From Callorhinchus milii (taxonomy: Eukaryota): DNA of 64,000 nucleotides. A program made the translations under genes and the position numbers. The stretch's first letter is position 1; each line of letters begins with the position of its first letter. Below the pieces are notes generated by a model. It saw nothing but the letters and a program-made list of their open reading frames with translations. It was not told the origin of the DNA and searched no databases. The DNA lies in contig NW_024704759.1 of assembly GCF_018977255.1 (NCBI RefSeq), positions 14,322,001 through 14,386,000 of the forward strand, given 5' to 3'. Below, piece after piece: positions 63,306 through 64,000 of this stretch.

Positions 63306-64000
63306 AGCGAACACTTTAAAACGAAAGCAATGGTAGATGTGCAGTCGTTCACACATACATACCCATGTGGGCCTCTCTCCCTGTTGGGAAACACGTTCTT
63401 AGAAAAACAATGAAATGACAACTAAGATGTCAAGTTAAGAGCCATCACCTCCAGCATAAGGCAAAGGGCTCACTTCGTAATAAGTAAGAAAAAAAAGGTT
63501 TCAAAGTGTAATGTGAAGTGTGAAGTCCAGTTGTGTCAGGGGAGGACAGGAGTGTGTTGTAACAGTGAGAGCTACCAAGATTTTCTTCAAAGAGAGGCTG
63601 TTATCACTGGCATTAAGTTACTATTATCCACCATAAACACGGTGCTGTCTAAAAGGTGCAATTCTGTTCATTTCAGAAGTGAGAGGTGAAATTCACCAGA
63701 CGCTTGCTCTCACACTCAGCAAAGGATTGCTTACGTTTGAACATCCAGACACTCCCTCTCAACAAAGGACTCTGTCTGGATCCACGTCCAAACATAATCC
63801 CACTCGCTATAAAAGTCTCAGCATCGATGTCTAAACAACTCTCACATTTTTCAATAAAGTACTGCACTGGATCTGACTGTAAAGTGAATTGACCCACTCT
63901 GGGTGGAATGAGAAGCTATTCATTTGTTCCGTGAACATCCAGTCGCTTGTTCATTTATTTCAAGTACAAAATAAACATGGAGAGGTCCTGCCTTGTCTTC

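Noticed and set aside
1-64000. CRISPR arrays, prokaryotic operons, conserved vertebrate miRNAs, rRNA/snRNA genes
   Set aside because: The sequence is vertebrate and non-coding, with no repeat/unique-spacer arrays. A by-eye scan for common miRNA and snRNA sequences found none, but it was not exhaustive, especially on the minus strand.

Overview
Non-coding vertebrate genomic DNA with one assembly gap (6523-6678). The repeat content points to a cartilaginous fish, most likely a holocephalan such as the elephant shark (inference from repeat types, not a database result). The repeats are a young tRNA-Ala-headed Deu-domain SINE with an (ATT)n tail in about 30 copies or fragments, older SacSINE1/AmnSINE-like Deu-SINEs, and L2 and CR1 LINE 3' fragments. 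I found no credible protein-coding exon; the ORFs I examined are short chance ORFs or run through repeats. Unique, motif-dense blocks between the repeats look like enhancers or conserved non-coding elements of a gene desert or large intron. Most notable observations: (1) a fold-back element carrying a degenerate Penelope-type minimal hammerhead ribozyme core (56.7 kb); (2) a composite SINE with a non-tRNA 68-bp head shared by two copies 40 kb apart; (3) a SINE whose 3' half is inverted between its own (AAT)n and (ATT)n repeats; (4) a two-state, pre-miRNA-sized hairpin next to a CTCF/YY1 site (26.4-26.7 kb); (5) a possible TATA/RUNX-driven spliced non-coding transcript; (6) a GATA/T-box motif cluster. 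All functional claims are unverified. Repeat boundaries are approximate and family names come from recognition by eye.
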